Assembly (NCBI RefSeq): GCF_001677475.2 | Contig: NZ_CP015229.1 | Direction: 5' to 3' (one strand) | Length of the DNA stretch: 64,000 bases | Origin: Escherichia coli | GTDB lineage: Bacteria; Pseudomonadota; Gammaproteobacteria; Enterobacterales; Enterobacteriaceae | Shown: in pieces, positions 22,644 through 37,977 of the stretch | Position numbering within the stretch: the stretch's first letter is position 1 | How the letters are laid out: every line of letters begins with the position of its first letter | Made by a program: the position numbers and the translations under genes | Notes under the pieces: generated by a model | What the model was told of the DNA's origin: nothing | Database searches by the model: none | The model's input: the letters and a program-made list of their open reading frames with translations, nothing else

Positions 22644-23710
22644 AATTGTGCATTCCTGTCAGCTGAAGGGGCATCTTCTGGCAACAGCTTTTCCGTAGCG
22701 GCAATGACATCTTCCGCTGGAATAACAGAAAGATATTTTTTGTTGCGGTCAAGTTCGTGCCGGGTAGGCATTTTTTGATAATTCCCCGCCCAGAACTGAA
22801 TAATATTCTCGGTCCATGGACGCCAGAATACATGATCAGTAGCCCCAAACAGGCTAATAACTGGCGTGTTCACCGCCGCCGCAATATGCCCCGGCGCAGA
22901 ATCCACACCAATAAAGAGCACTGCATGATCAATTAATGCGCCCAGTTCAGGAAAACGTGTTTTACCGGCAAGGCCGGTAATAGGTTTTGTTTGGCAGCCT
23001 CGTGCAATTTCATCTACGCAAGCGAGATCATCTGCCGAAGGGCCACAAGTCAGCACAACCTGATAACCACGATGTTGCAACGCATCGATAACCATAGAAA
23101 ATTTATCGTTATCCCAGCACTTAAATAGCTGTCGGGCTGTCGGCTGGATGACGACATAATGATCTTTCACGCCCAGTGCATCTAATTCCTGGCGCATTTT
23201 CTTCCAGCAATCATCAGCATAACTCATTGTTGTTTCAGTATAAAAATCGGTAATACCTAATGACTCAAGGACCGACAAATTACGCTCAACAATATGTGTA
23301 CCGTGTATAGGCGCTAAGTGTGTAAAGCTTTTTTTCCAAATGCCATGCTGCCGATGAGCATAAAGCTGCGATATTTTCATCCGTGCAGGTAAACAACGTA
23401 CCAGCAGGGCCACCATCCACTGATCCGTAAGATTAATGACCAGGTCGTAATTATTCGCACGCAGAGTTTTTATCAGTGAAAGTGCATTTTTAATTTTATC
23501 GAATGTTCCCGCACCTTTATTGCTTATACCATAGAGTGCATTAATTTCTGGGTTTTCAGATAAAATCGGAATTGTATCCTGGTAAAGCAGCATATCGATT
23601 TTAGCATTGGGATAATTCTGCTTGAGTGTACTGATTACAGGAGTAGTTAATAACATATCTCCGTGATATCGCATCTTTATGACCAGGATTTTTCGAAATG
23701 GCTTTTCCAC
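22640..23710 (-). CDS. waaQ: LPS heptosyltransferase III (GT9)
   Basis: ORF from GTG at 23710 (356 aa) or internal Met at 23674 (344 aa); N-terminus ILVIKMRYHGDMLLTTP aligns with WaaC/WaaF N-termini. Confidence 0.85.
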   Translation of the reverse strand: MEKPFRKILVIKMRYHGDMLLTTPVISTLKQNYPNAKIDMLLYQDTIPILSENPEINALYGISNKGAGTFDKIKNALSLIKTLRANNYDLVINLTDQWMVALLVRCLPARMKISQLYAHRQHGIWKKSFTHLAPIHGTHIVERNLSVLESLGITDFYTETTMSYADDCWKKMRQELDALGVKDHYVVIQPTARQLFKCWDNDKFSMVIDALQHRGYQVVLTCGPSADDLACVDEIARGCQTKPITGLAGKTRFPELGALIDHAVLFIGVDSAPGHIAAAVNTPVISLFGATDHVFWRPWTENIIQFWAGNYQKMPTRHELDRNKKYLSVIPAEDVIAATEKLLPEDAPSADRNAQL

Positions 23711-23757
23711 TAGCGACTCTTTTGTGTGATTGTCTGGTTAAGTTAAGCAGAAAAAAG

Positions 23758-23769
23758 CACGCTACCGCC
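23758..23769 (-). promoter_or_regulatory. ops element (RfaH recruitment site) in the waaQ operon leader
   Basis: Minus strand reads GGCGGTAGCGTG, matching the ops consensus GGCGGTAGnnTG, about 50-85 nt upstream of the waaQ start. Confidence 0.8.
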
Positions 23770-24114
23770 CCAGGCTCAACAGCTACCCGAATACTGATAA
23801 CGCACTTACTTTGACGCGCTAGTGTATCATTTCTTTCGCAGCAATCCGACCCGAATGATTTTTATACACAAAATATGATTTAACCATAAAAATCATATAG
23901 ATAAAATTTTGCATACAGAGAATCCAGATATTGTCTATGTAAAGTTGCAATCCTGGCTGAAATTCAATGAATCGCATAAAAATACAAAAAAATGAAGATT
24001 TAGCAGCAGATCAGCTCAAACAGAGACTATTTAAGTCAAAAACGGGAAAAGTAATGGTAAAGCCACAGCTAAATACATAGAATCCCCAGCACATCCATAA
24101 GTCAGCTATTTACT

Positions 24115-25879
<1,765 letters not shown>

Positions 25880-25917
25880 CGTTTATGCCGGATGGTATGC
25901 CATCCGGCTCGCATCAA

Positions 25918-26727
25918 TTACTTCTGGCACTGCCGACAATAAAACGTTGCCCGCTGCGCATGTTTAGTCGCCACAATCGGCGTACCGCACACCCGACACG
26001 GCTCGCCTTTTCGCCCGTAAACCTGCAATTCCTGCGCGAAATAGCCCGGTTTACCATCACTTTGCAGAAAATCTTTCAGAGTTGTACCACCCTGCTCAAT
26101 CGAACGCAGCAACACCGCTTTAATCACCCGAGCTAACAATTCACACTCTGCCAGCGACAGTGATGACGCCAGCCGATCCGGATGGATCCCCGCCGCAAAC
26201 AGTGATTCGCTGGCATAGATATTCCCTACCCCTACCACCAGCTTGTTATCCATCAGCCACGGTTTAATCGCCGTTTTTTTCTTCTCGCACTTCTGATGCA
26301 GGTACTCACCGTTGAAATCGTCGCTAAGCGGCTCCGGTCCAAGATGGGCCAGCACGTTGTGCCCTTCCAGCTCTTTGGTCCACAGCCAGGCACCAAAGCG
26401 GCGCGGATCGGTGTAGCGCAGCACTTTACCGTTGCTCATCACCAAATCAACATGGTCATGCTTTTCAGGGGGAAGTTCTTCTGGAAGGATGCGCAGGCTG
26501 CCAGACATCCCCAAATGAATGATAATCCAGCCCTCAGGCAGCTCCAGCAGCAGATATTTAGCCCGCCGCTGCACGCTAAGCACTGGTTGGTCGCTTAAAC
26601 GGTAGATCTCTTCTGAAACCGGCCAGCGCAAGCGTCCGTTGCGCACCACCGCATGAAGAATGGTTGCACCAACGAGATGCGGTTCTATGCCGCGACGGCT
26701 GGTTTCAACTTCGGGTAATTCAGGCAT
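25918..26727 (-). CDS. mutM: formamidopyrimidine-DNA glycosylase
   Basis: 269 aa; N-terminal MPELPEVE catalytic motif, C-terminal zinc finger [26 protein letters not shown]. Confidence 0.95.
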   Translation of the reverse strand: MPELPEVETSRRGIEPHLVGATILHAVVRNGRLRWPVSEEIYRLSDQPVLSVQRRAKYLLLELPEGWIIIHLGMSGSLRILPEELPPEKHDHVDLVMSNGKVLRYTDPRRFGAWLWTKELEGHNVLAHLGPEPLSDDFNGEYLHQKCEKKKTAIKPWLMDNKLVVGVGNIYASESLFAAGIHPDRLASSLSLAECELLARVIKAVLLRSIEQGGTTLKDFLQSDGKPGYFAQELQVYGRKGEPCRVCGTPIVATKHAQRATFYCRQCQK

Positions 26728-26779
26728 AGCATCTCCAGGAATGAACAGATGCAGTCAATATGGGGGCAGGCAGATAACA

Positions 26780-26805
26780 AAAAACCCCGCCGGGGCGAGG
26801 TTTTT
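26780..26805 (-). terminator. rho-independent terminator after rpmBG
   Basis: GC-rich palindrome CCCCGCCGGGGCGAGG flanked by A5/T5 runs immediately downstream of the rpmG stop. Confidence 0.6.
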
Positions 26806-26823
26806 CGTTACATCAAAGCAAAA

Positions 26824-26995
<172 letters not shown>

Positions 26996-27012
26996 TTATT
27001 TCCTCTAAGTAC

Positions 27013-27270
<258 letters not shown>

Positions 27271-27465
27271 TTAGCTCGAGCTTCGTATGGGGTATTGGCG
27301 CCTCGTCAGGCTTTACAGCCCGGTCATCGCAGTTCTATGTGAACTCTCGATTGCCAGGCCCAAATGCCAAACCCGAGATTCTCAAAGGTGGCGTAGTATA
27401 CGCTGACTCAGCGATGTGCTCAAGTCCCGAACAGACAAAGATCCCGAAGGATCGCGCATAGCGGG

Positions 27466-28140
27466 TTAAATCCAGCCGCGTTCGGCAAAAGAAACATACT
27501 CTCCACGCCCAATCACGATATGGTCGAGCACGCGTAAATCCATGAACTGACAACTCTTTATTATCCGTTCAGTAATGAGTTTATCCGCTTTACTGGGTTC
27601 AGCACAACCCGAAGGGTGATTATGTGCAAGGATCAGCGCCGAGGCGTTTATTTTTATCGCTTCGCGGATAATTTCCCGAGGATGGACTTCAACATGGTTT
27701 AGCGTGCCGGAAAAAAGACGGCTATGCGTTATAACCCGGTGTTGGGAGTCGAGAAAGATCACCATAAAGATCTCCCGCTCCTCGCCCGTAAGCTGGCTTT
27801 GTAAAAATTCCCTCGTCATCTCCGGGCTGAGTAAAGGGCTTTCTTCACGCATCCGCACGTTGTAGTAACGCCGCGCCAGTTCAGCAATCCCCTTTAACTG
27901 GGCAAATTTCGCCACGCCAATTCCATGAACGCCACTAAATTGTTCATATTCAGAGGTTAACAAGCCATAAAGAGAGCCGAAATTCTCCAGCATCTCTTTT
28001 GCCAGGGTTAATACATCTTTACCGCGCGTTCCGGTACGCAGAAATAGCGCCAGCAGCTCGACATCCGTTAAGGCGCTAATACCAAACTTCAGCATTTTTT
28101 CGCGCGGCATCAACAGCTGTGCATTATTTTTCACCTTCAC
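27466..28140 (-). CDS. yicR: UPF0758/RadC-like JAB-domain protein
   Basis: 224 aa; JAMM-like motif region (HNHPSG); position upstream of rpmBG. Confidence 0.85.
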
Positions 28141-28305
28141 CTCCTTTGTGGTGCTCGCATCCTGTCATAGCCGTTCCGTTAAATCGACGGCCAGTTTTCA
28201 ATCCTGGAAAGCGCCTCGCAAAGTGATTCTCAGGTGAAGGCACGACAACAAAAGTATTGTGATAAAATCGCCAACTTCTGGTGTCACCCAACAGGAAAAA
28301 TCATC

Positions 28306-29526
28306 ATGAGCCTGGCCGGTAAAAAAATCGTTCTCGGCGTTAGCGGCGGTATTGCTGCCTATAAAACCCCTGAACTGGTGCGTCGTTTGCGCGATCGCGG
28401 GGCCGACGTCCGCGTAGCCATGACCGAAGCGGCAAAAGCCTTTATCACCCCACTTAGCTTGCAGGCGGTTTCTGGTTATCCCGTTTCCGACAGTCTGCTG
28501 GACCCGGCAGCCGAAGCCGCTATGGGCCATATTGAGCTGGGTAAATGGGCTGATTTAGTGATTCTCGCCCCTGCCACGGCAGATTTGATTGCCCGTGTTG
28601 CTGCCGGAATGGCGAATGATCTGGTATCGACGATTTGTCTGGCCACACCTGCGCCTGTAGCCGTGCTCCCCGCCATGAACCAGCAGATGTACCGTGCCGC
28701 TGCCACGCAGCATAATTTAGAGGTGCTTGCTTCCCGTGGTTTGCTCATCTGGGGGCCAGACAGTGGCAGTCAGGCTTGTGGTGATATCGGCCCTGGGCGA
28801 ATGCTCGATCCGTTAACCATTGTTGATATGGCGGTAGCGCATTTTTCGCCCGTCAACGACCTGAAACATCTGAACATTATGATTACCGCCGGCCCGACGC
28901 GTGAACCGCTCGATCCGGTGCGTTATATCTCTAATCACAGCTCAGGCAAGATGGGTTTTGCTATCGCCGCCGCCGCTGCCCGTCGTGGCGCGAACGTCAC
29001 GCTGGTATCAGGTCCGGTTTCACTACCGACGCCACCGTTTGTTAAACGTGTTGATGTGATGACTGCGCTGGAAATGGAAGCGGCCGTGAATGCTTCTGTA
29101 CAGCAGCAAAATATTTTTATCGGTTGCGCCGCCGTGGCGGATTATCGCGCAGCTACCGTGGCCCCAGAGAAAATCAAAAAGCAGGCCACGCAGGGTGATG
29201 AATTAACAATAAAAATGGTTAAAAACCCCGATATCGTCGCAGGCGTTGCCGCACTAAAAGACCATCGACCCTACGTCGTTGGATTTGCCGCCGAAACAAA
29301 TAATGTGGAAGAATACGCCCGGCAAAAACGTATCCGTAAAAACCTTGATCTGATCTGCGCGAACGATGTTTCCCAGCCAACTCAAGGATTTAACAGCGAC
29401 AACAACGCATTACACCTTTTCTGGCAGAACGGAGATAAAGTCTTACCGCTTGAGCGCAAAGAGCTCCTTGGCCAATTATTACTCGACGAGATCGTGACCC
29501 GTTATGATGAAAAAAATCGACGTTAA
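28306..29526 (+). CDS. dfp: bifunctional phosphopantothenoylcysteine decarboxylase / phosphopantothenate-cysteine ligase
   Basis: True start ATG 28306 ([20 protein letters not shown] flavoprotein motif), 406 aa. Confidence 0.93.
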
Positions 29527-29962
29527 GATTCTGGACCCGCGCGTTGGGAAGGAATTTCCGCTCCCGACTTATGCCACCTCTGGCTCTGCCGGACTTGACC
29601 TGCGCGCCTGTCTCGACGACGCCGTAGAACTGGCTCCGGGTGACACTACGCTGGTTCCGACCGGGCTGGCGATTCATATTGCCGATCCTTCACTGGCGGC
29701 AATGATGCTGCCGCGCTCCGGATTGGGACATAAGCACGGTATCGTGCTTGGTAACCTGGTAGGATTGATCGATTCCGACTATCAGGGCCAGTTGATGATT
29801 TCCGTGTGGAACCGTGGTCAGGACAGCTTCACCATTCAACCTGGCGAACGCATCGCCCAGATGATTTTTGTTCCGGTAGTACAGGCTGAATTTAATCTGG
29901 TGGAAGATTTCGACGCCACCGACCGCGGTGAAGGCGGCTTTGGTCACTCTGGTCGTCAGTAA
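29507..29962 (+). CDS. dut: dUTP diphosphatase
   Basis: 151 aa; [34 protein letters not shown]; overlaps the dfp 3' end. Confidence 0.95.
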
Positions 29963-30068
29963 CACATACGCATCCGAATAACGTCATAACATAGCCGCAA
30001 ACATTTCGTTTGCGGTCATAGCGTGGGTGCCGCCTGGCAAGTGCTTATTTTCAGGGGTATTTTGTAAC

Positions 30069-30665
30069 ATGGCAGAAAAACAAACTGCGAAAAGGAACCG
30101 TCGCGAGGAAATACTTCAGTCTCTGGCGCTGATGCTGGAATCCAGCGATGGAAGCCAACGTATCACGACGGCAAAACTGGCCGCCTCTGTCGGCGTTTCC
30201 GAAGCGGCACTGTATCGCCACTTCCCCAGTAAGACCCGCATGTTCGATAGCCTGATTGAGTTTATCGAAGATAGCCTGATTACTCGCATCAATCTGATTC
30301 TGAAAGATGAGAAGGACACCACAGCGCGCCTGCGTCTGATTGTGTTGCTGCTTCTCGGTTTTGGTGAGCGTAATCCTGGCCTGACCCGCATCCTCACTGG
30401 TCATGCACTAATGTTTGAACAGGATCGCCTGCAAGGGCGCATCAACCAGCTGTTCGAGCGTATTGAAGCGCAGTTGCGTCAGGTATTGCGCGAAAAGAGA
30501 ATGCGTGAGGGTGAAGGTTACACCACCGATGAAACCCTGCTGGCAAGCCAGATCCTGGCCTTCTGTGAAGGTATGCTGTCACGTTTTGTCCGCAGCGAGT
30601 TTAAATACCGCCCGACGGATGATTTTGACGCCCGCTGGCCGCTAATTGCCGCGCAGTTGCAGTAA
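30069..30665 (+). CDS. slmA: nucleoid occlusion factor SlmA (TetR family)
   Basis: True start ATG 30069 ([17 protein letters not shown]), 198 aa, TetR-like HTH. Confidence 0.92.
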
Positions 30666-30701
30666 TATGACGCCGGATGACTTTTCATCCGGCGAGTTTC
30701 T

Positions 30702-31343
30702 TTAAACGCCAAACTCTTCGCGATAGGCCTTAACCGCCGCCAGATGTTCCGCCATTTCCGGCTTCTCTTCCAGGTAAGCAATCAGGTCTTTCAGGGTGAT
30801 GATAGAGATCACTTTGCAGTTGTAATCACGCTCAACTTCCTGAATTGCCGAAATCTCGCCGCGCCCCCGTTCCTGACGATCGAGCGAAATCAATACGCCA
30901 GCAAGCGTCGCGCCATTGGCCTGAATAATTTCCATCGACTCGCGGATCGCCGTTCCGGCGGTGATCACATCATCCACCAGCATTACGCGTCCTTGTAACG
31001 CGCTACCGACCAGATTGCCACCTTCACCATGGTCTTTTGCTTCTTTGCGGTTAAAGCAGTACGGCAGGTCCAGGTAATGATGCTCCGCCAGCGCCACGGC
31101 AGTTGTGGTGGCAATCGGGATCCCTTTGTAAGCAGGGCCAAACAGCAGATCGAACTCAATGCCGGAATCCACCAATGCTTCAGCGTAAAAACGGCCTAAC
31201 AGTGCCAGATCGCGCCCGGTATTAAACAGCCCGGCGTTGAAGAAATAGGGGCTTTTGCGCCCGGACTTCAGCGTAAACTCGCCAAACTTTAACACCTGCT
31301 TGCTAAGCGCAAATTCAATAAACTGGCGCTGATATGGTTTCAT
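30702..31343 (-). CDS. pyrE: orotate phosphoribosyltransferase
   Basis: Start at Met of [38 protein letters not shown]; 213 aa. Confidence 0.95.
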   Translation of the reverse strand: MKPYQRQFIEFALSKQVLKFGEFTLKSGRKSPYFFNAGLFNTGRDLALLGRFYAEALVDSGIEFDLLFGPAYKGIPIATTTAVALAEHHYLDLPYCFNRKEAKDHGEGGNLVGSALQGRVMLVDDVITAGTAIRESMEIIQANGATLAGVLISLDRQERGRGEISAIQEVERDYNCKVISIITLKDLIAYLEEKPEMAEHLAAVKAYREEFGV

Positions 31344-31371
31344 GCCTTCGCTCCTCATCTTACTTTTCTAC

Positions 31372-31403
31372 AGACAAAAAAAAGGCGACTCATCAGTCGC
31401 CTT
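31372..31403 (-). terminator. pyrE attenuator (intrinsic terminator between rph and pyrE)
   Basis: Minus strand reads AAGGCGACTGATGAGTCGCCTT followed by a T8 run, between the rph stop and the pyrE start. Confidence 0.8.
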
Positions 31404-31408
31404 AAAAA

Positions 31409-32125
31409 TCAGTTTGCCAGCGCCGCCTTCTGCGTCGCTACAATGGATTCGATTCCCCCTCGGGCCAGCGCCAACAAGGTGAGTAACTCTTCATGGGTGA
31501 ACGGCTCGCCTTCTGCCGTCCCCTGCACTTCAATGATGCGCCCGTCTTCGGTCATCACTACGTTCATGTCGGTCTCTGCGGCTGAGTCTTCAACGTATTC
31601 CAGATCGCAAACCGCTTCGCCGTTCACAATTCCGACAGAAACTGCGGCTACCATCCCTTTCATCGGGTTGGTTTTCAGCTTGCCGTTTTCCACCAGCTTC
31701 TGTAGCGCATCTGCCAGCGCCACGCAGGCACCCGTAATCGACGCGGTACGCGTGCCACCATCAGCCTGAAGCACGTCGCAGTCCAGCGTAATGGTGAACT
31801 CACCCAGCGCTTTCAAATCTACTGCCGCACGAAGAGCACGGGCGATCAGACGCTGGATTTCCATGGTGCGTCCACCCTGCTTACCTTTCGCCGCTTCACG
31901 CGCGTTACGGGTGTGGGTAGAACGTGGCAGCATGCCGTACTCTGCGGTGATCCAGCCCTGGCCCTGACCTTTCAGGAAGCGCGGCACGCCTTCTTCAATA
32001 GAGGCGGTACACAACACTTTGGTATCGCCAAATTCGACCAGCACCGAGCCTTCTGCATGTTTTGTATAGTTACGAGTCAGGGTAACGGGACGCACCTGAT
32101 TATTGCTACGGCCTGCTGGACGCAT
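31409..32125 (-). CDS. rph: ribonuclease PH (intact)
   Basis: Start at [32 protein letters not shown] gives 238 aa with intact C-terminus. Confidence 0.93.
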   Translation of the reverse strand: MRPAGRSNNQVRPVTLTRNYTKHAEGSVLVEFGDTKVLCTASIEEGVPRFLKGQGQGWITAEYGMLPRSTHTRNAREAAKGKQGGRTMEIQRLIARALRAAVDLKALGEFTITLDCDVLQADGGTRTASITGACVALADALQKLVENGKLKTNPMKGMVAAVSVGIVNGEAVCDLEYVEDSAAETDMNVVMTEDGRIIEVQGTAEGEPFTHEELLTLLALARGGIESIVATQKAALAN

Positions 32126-32251
32126 ATTGAAATCTCCGGCTTGAAACAAATGTGGCTGCGCATTATACGGACTTCCGGCGGTTATTCCTATCCTGACAAG
32201 GCATCGATGGCTATAATCCTTCCACCTCTCCTTTTATAAACAGGAACGTCT

Positions 32252-33115
32252 ATGATCCGCAGTATGACCGCCTACGCCCGGCGTGAAATCAAGGGTGAAT
32301 GGGGGAGCGCAACCTGGGAAATGCGCTCGGTAAACCAGCGTTATCTGGAAACTTACTTTCGTCTGCCGGAGCAGTTCCGTAGCCTTGAACCTGTCGTTCG
32401 TGAGCGTATTCGTTCTCGCCTGACGCGCGGTAAAGTGGAATGTACCCTGCGCTATGAGCCAGATGTTAGCGCACAAGGTGAGCTGATCCTCAACGAAAAA
32501 CTGGCTAAACAGCTGGTAACTGCCGCGAACTGGGTGAAAATGCAGAGTGACGAAGGGGAAATCAACCCGGTTGATATTCTGCGCTGGCCAGGCGTGATGG
32601 CAGCCCAGGAGCAGGATCTCGACGCGATTGCCGCTGAAATTCTCGCGGCGTTGGATGGTACGCTGGACGACTTTATCGTCGCGCGCGAAACCGAAGGTCA
32701 GGCGCTGAAAGCATTGATCGAGCAGCGTCTGGAAGGCGTCACCGCCGAAGTGGTCAAAGTCCGCGCCCATATGCCGGAAATCCTGCAATGGCAGCGTGAG
32801 CGTCTGGTCGCGAAGCTGGAAGATGCTCAGGTGCAACTGGAAAACAACCGTCTGGAGCAGGAGTTGGTTCTGCTGGCACAACGAATTGACGTTGCCGAAG
32901 AACTGGACCGCCTCGAAGCGCATGTCAAAGAGACCTACAACATTCTGAAGAAAAAAGAAGCGGTTGGCCGTCGTCTGGACTTTATGATGCAGGAGTTCAA
33001 CCGCGAGTCGAACACTCTTGCTTCGAAGTCTATCAATGCCGAAGTGACAAACTCCGCCATCGAGCTGAAAGTGTTGATTGAGCAGATGCGCGAGCAGATT
33101 CAGAATATTGAGTAA
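32252..33115 (+). CDS. yicC: YicC family stress-induced protein
   Basis: 287 aa; MIRSMTAYARREIKGEWGSATWEMRSVNQRYLE. Confidence 0.9.
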   Translation: MIRSMTAYARREIKGEWGSATWEMRSVNQRYLETYFRLPEQFRSLEPVVRERIRSRLTRGKVECTLRYEPDVSAQGELILNEKLAKQLVTAANWVKMQSDEGEINPVDILRWPGVMAAQEQDLDAIAAEILAALDGTLDDFIVARETEGQALKALIEQRLEGVTAEVVKVRAHMPEILQWQRERLVAKLEDAQVQLENNRLEQELVLLAQRIDVAEELDRLEAHVKETYNILKKKEAVGRRLDFMMQEFNRESNTLASKSINAEVTNSAIELKVLIEQMREQIQNIE

Positions 33116-33274
33116 CTCGTAACACTAATTCTTACTTTTCAGCCTTCACAAATGCCGCCCACTCAAACAGAGCGGCATTTTTCTTCCCCGCAACTTCAAT
33201 TCTGTTTTGCGTGCCTGCTCCAGATTTTGCGATGTTTTTTTGCCCAGCACACTGAGAACGTGAGATACTCACAG

Positions 33275-33290
33275 CTGTATATAAATACAG
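33275..33290 (+). promoter_or_regulatory. LexA (SOS) box upstream of dinD
   Basis: CTGTATATAAATACAG, a perfect CTGT-N8-ACAG palindrome 46 nt upstream of the dinD ATG. Confidence 0.8.
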
Positions 33291-33335
33291 TTACAGATTT
33301 ACTTTCTTTGCAATCGATATCACATGGAGTGGGCA

Positions 33336-34160
33336 ATGAACGAACATCATCAACCTTTTGAAGAAATACGGCATTATGGCACTGAAGGGCAAGAATTTTG
33401 GTCAGCGAGAGAATTGGCACCGTTACTGGATTATCGGGACTGGCGCAATTTTCAAAAGGTACTTACCCGCGCGACTCAAGCGTGCGAAGCCAGCAATCAA
33501 GCTGCATCTGACCATTTCGTTGAAACCACCAAAATGGTTGTATTAGGTTCAGGGGCTCAACGAGAACTTGAAGATGTTCATCTCTCCCGCTATGCCTGTT
33601 ACCTGGTAGTACAAAACGGCGACCCTGCGAAACCGGTTATTGCGGCAGGGCAAACTTATTTTGCTATCCAGACCCGACGGCAGGAGCTGGCTGACGATGA
33701 AGCTTTCAAGCAACTTCGTGAAGACGAAAAGCGTCTTTTTCTGAGAAATGAGTTGAAAGAACATAACAAACAATTAGTTGAGGCAGCGCAGCAAGCTGGG
33801 GTAGCGACAGCTATCGATTTCGCCATATTTCAGAATCATGGTTACCGGGGACTGTATGGTGGATTAGATCAGAAAGCCATCCATCAGCGGAAGGGGCTGA
33901 AAAAGAGTCAGAAGATCCTGGATCATATGGGTTCAACAGAACTGGCGGCTAATCTCTTTCGAGCTACCCAAACAGAAGAAAAACTCAAGCGGGATGGCGT
34001 GAATTCAAAACAGCAAGCTAACACCACACACTTTGACGTGGGTCGCAAGGTGAGGCAAACCATTCAGGAACTTGGCGGAACCATGCCTGAGGAGTTGCCG
34101 ACCCCGCAGGTCAGCATCAAGCAGTTGGAAAACAGTGTAAAAATTACAGAGAAAAAATAG
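33336..34160 (+). CDS. dinD: DNA damage-inducible protein D
   Basis: Start at MNEHHQPFEEIRHYGTEGQEFWSARELAP; 274 aa; preceded by LexA box. Confidence 0.9.
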   Translation: MNEHHQPFEEIRHYGTEGQEFWSARELAPLLDYRDWRNFQKVLTRATQACEASNQAASDHFVETTKMVVLGSGAQRELEDVHLSRYACYLVVQNGDPAKPVIAAGQTYFAIQTRRQELADDEAFKQLREDEKRLFLRNELKEHNKQLVEAAQQAGVATAIDFAIFQNHGYRGLYGGLDQKAIHQRKGLKKSQKILDHMGSTELAANLFRATQTEEKLKRDGVNSKQQANTTHFDVGRKVRQTIQELGGTMPEELPTPQVSIKQLENSVKITEKK

Positions 34161-34451
34161 CAGAAACTAAAAACTCTTTTTGTTGATTGAGACACCCGAT
34201 GCGTAAGCCAAAGTCCAGGTGCGGTGAACACAATGGCTAAACATTGCACCTTTCTTTTCCACCCCTCAATTTTAACCTATTTTTTCTTATGCATTTTCTC
34301 AGACAAGTAGTCAGAAGAATGCATCTACGCTACAGAAAATAGCGATTTCACATAACTACAAGTTATCAATTTCCTCTCACCTTAAAAAATCTCAATCGTG
34401 ACAATGCGCACAAATCGCTACCCTGCCAGACAGATTTTTAGGGAGAGAACC

Positions 34452-36840
<2,389 letters not shown>

Positions 36841-36864
36841 GAATCGTCTTTATTGCAGTGAATC

Positions 36865-37629
<765 letters not shown>

Positions 37630-37683
37630 ACCTGATTTCAGTATCATGCCCAGTCATTTCTTCACCTGTGGAGCTTTTTAAGT

Positions 37684-37959
37684 ATGGCACGCGTAACTGT
37701 TCAGGACGCTGTAGAGAAAATTGGTAACCGTTTTGACCTGGTACTGGTCGCCGCGCGTCGCGCTCGTCAGATGCAGGTAGGCGGAAAGGATCCGCTGGTA
37801 CCGGAAGAAAACGATAAAACCACTGTAATCGCGCTGCGCGAAATCGAAGAAGGTCTGATCAACAACCAGATCCTCGACGTTCGCGAACGCCAGGAACAGC
37901 AAGAGCAGGAAGCCGCTGAATTACAAGCCGTTACCGCTATTGCTGAAGGTCGTCGTTAA
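37684..37959 (+). CDS. rpoZ: DNA-directed RNA polymerase subunit omega
   Basis: 91 aa; [29 protein letters not shown]. Confidence 0.95.
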
Positions 37960-37977
37960 TCACAAAGCGGGTCGCCC

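Noticed and set aside
23966-24079. 37-codon ORF (MNRIKIQKNEDL...) in the waaQ-waaA spacer
   Set aside because: Short, no convincing ribosome-binding site, sits in a promoter-rich divergent region; no basis to call it a gene.
32234-32923. 229 aa minus-strand ORF
   Set aside because: Antisense to yicC.
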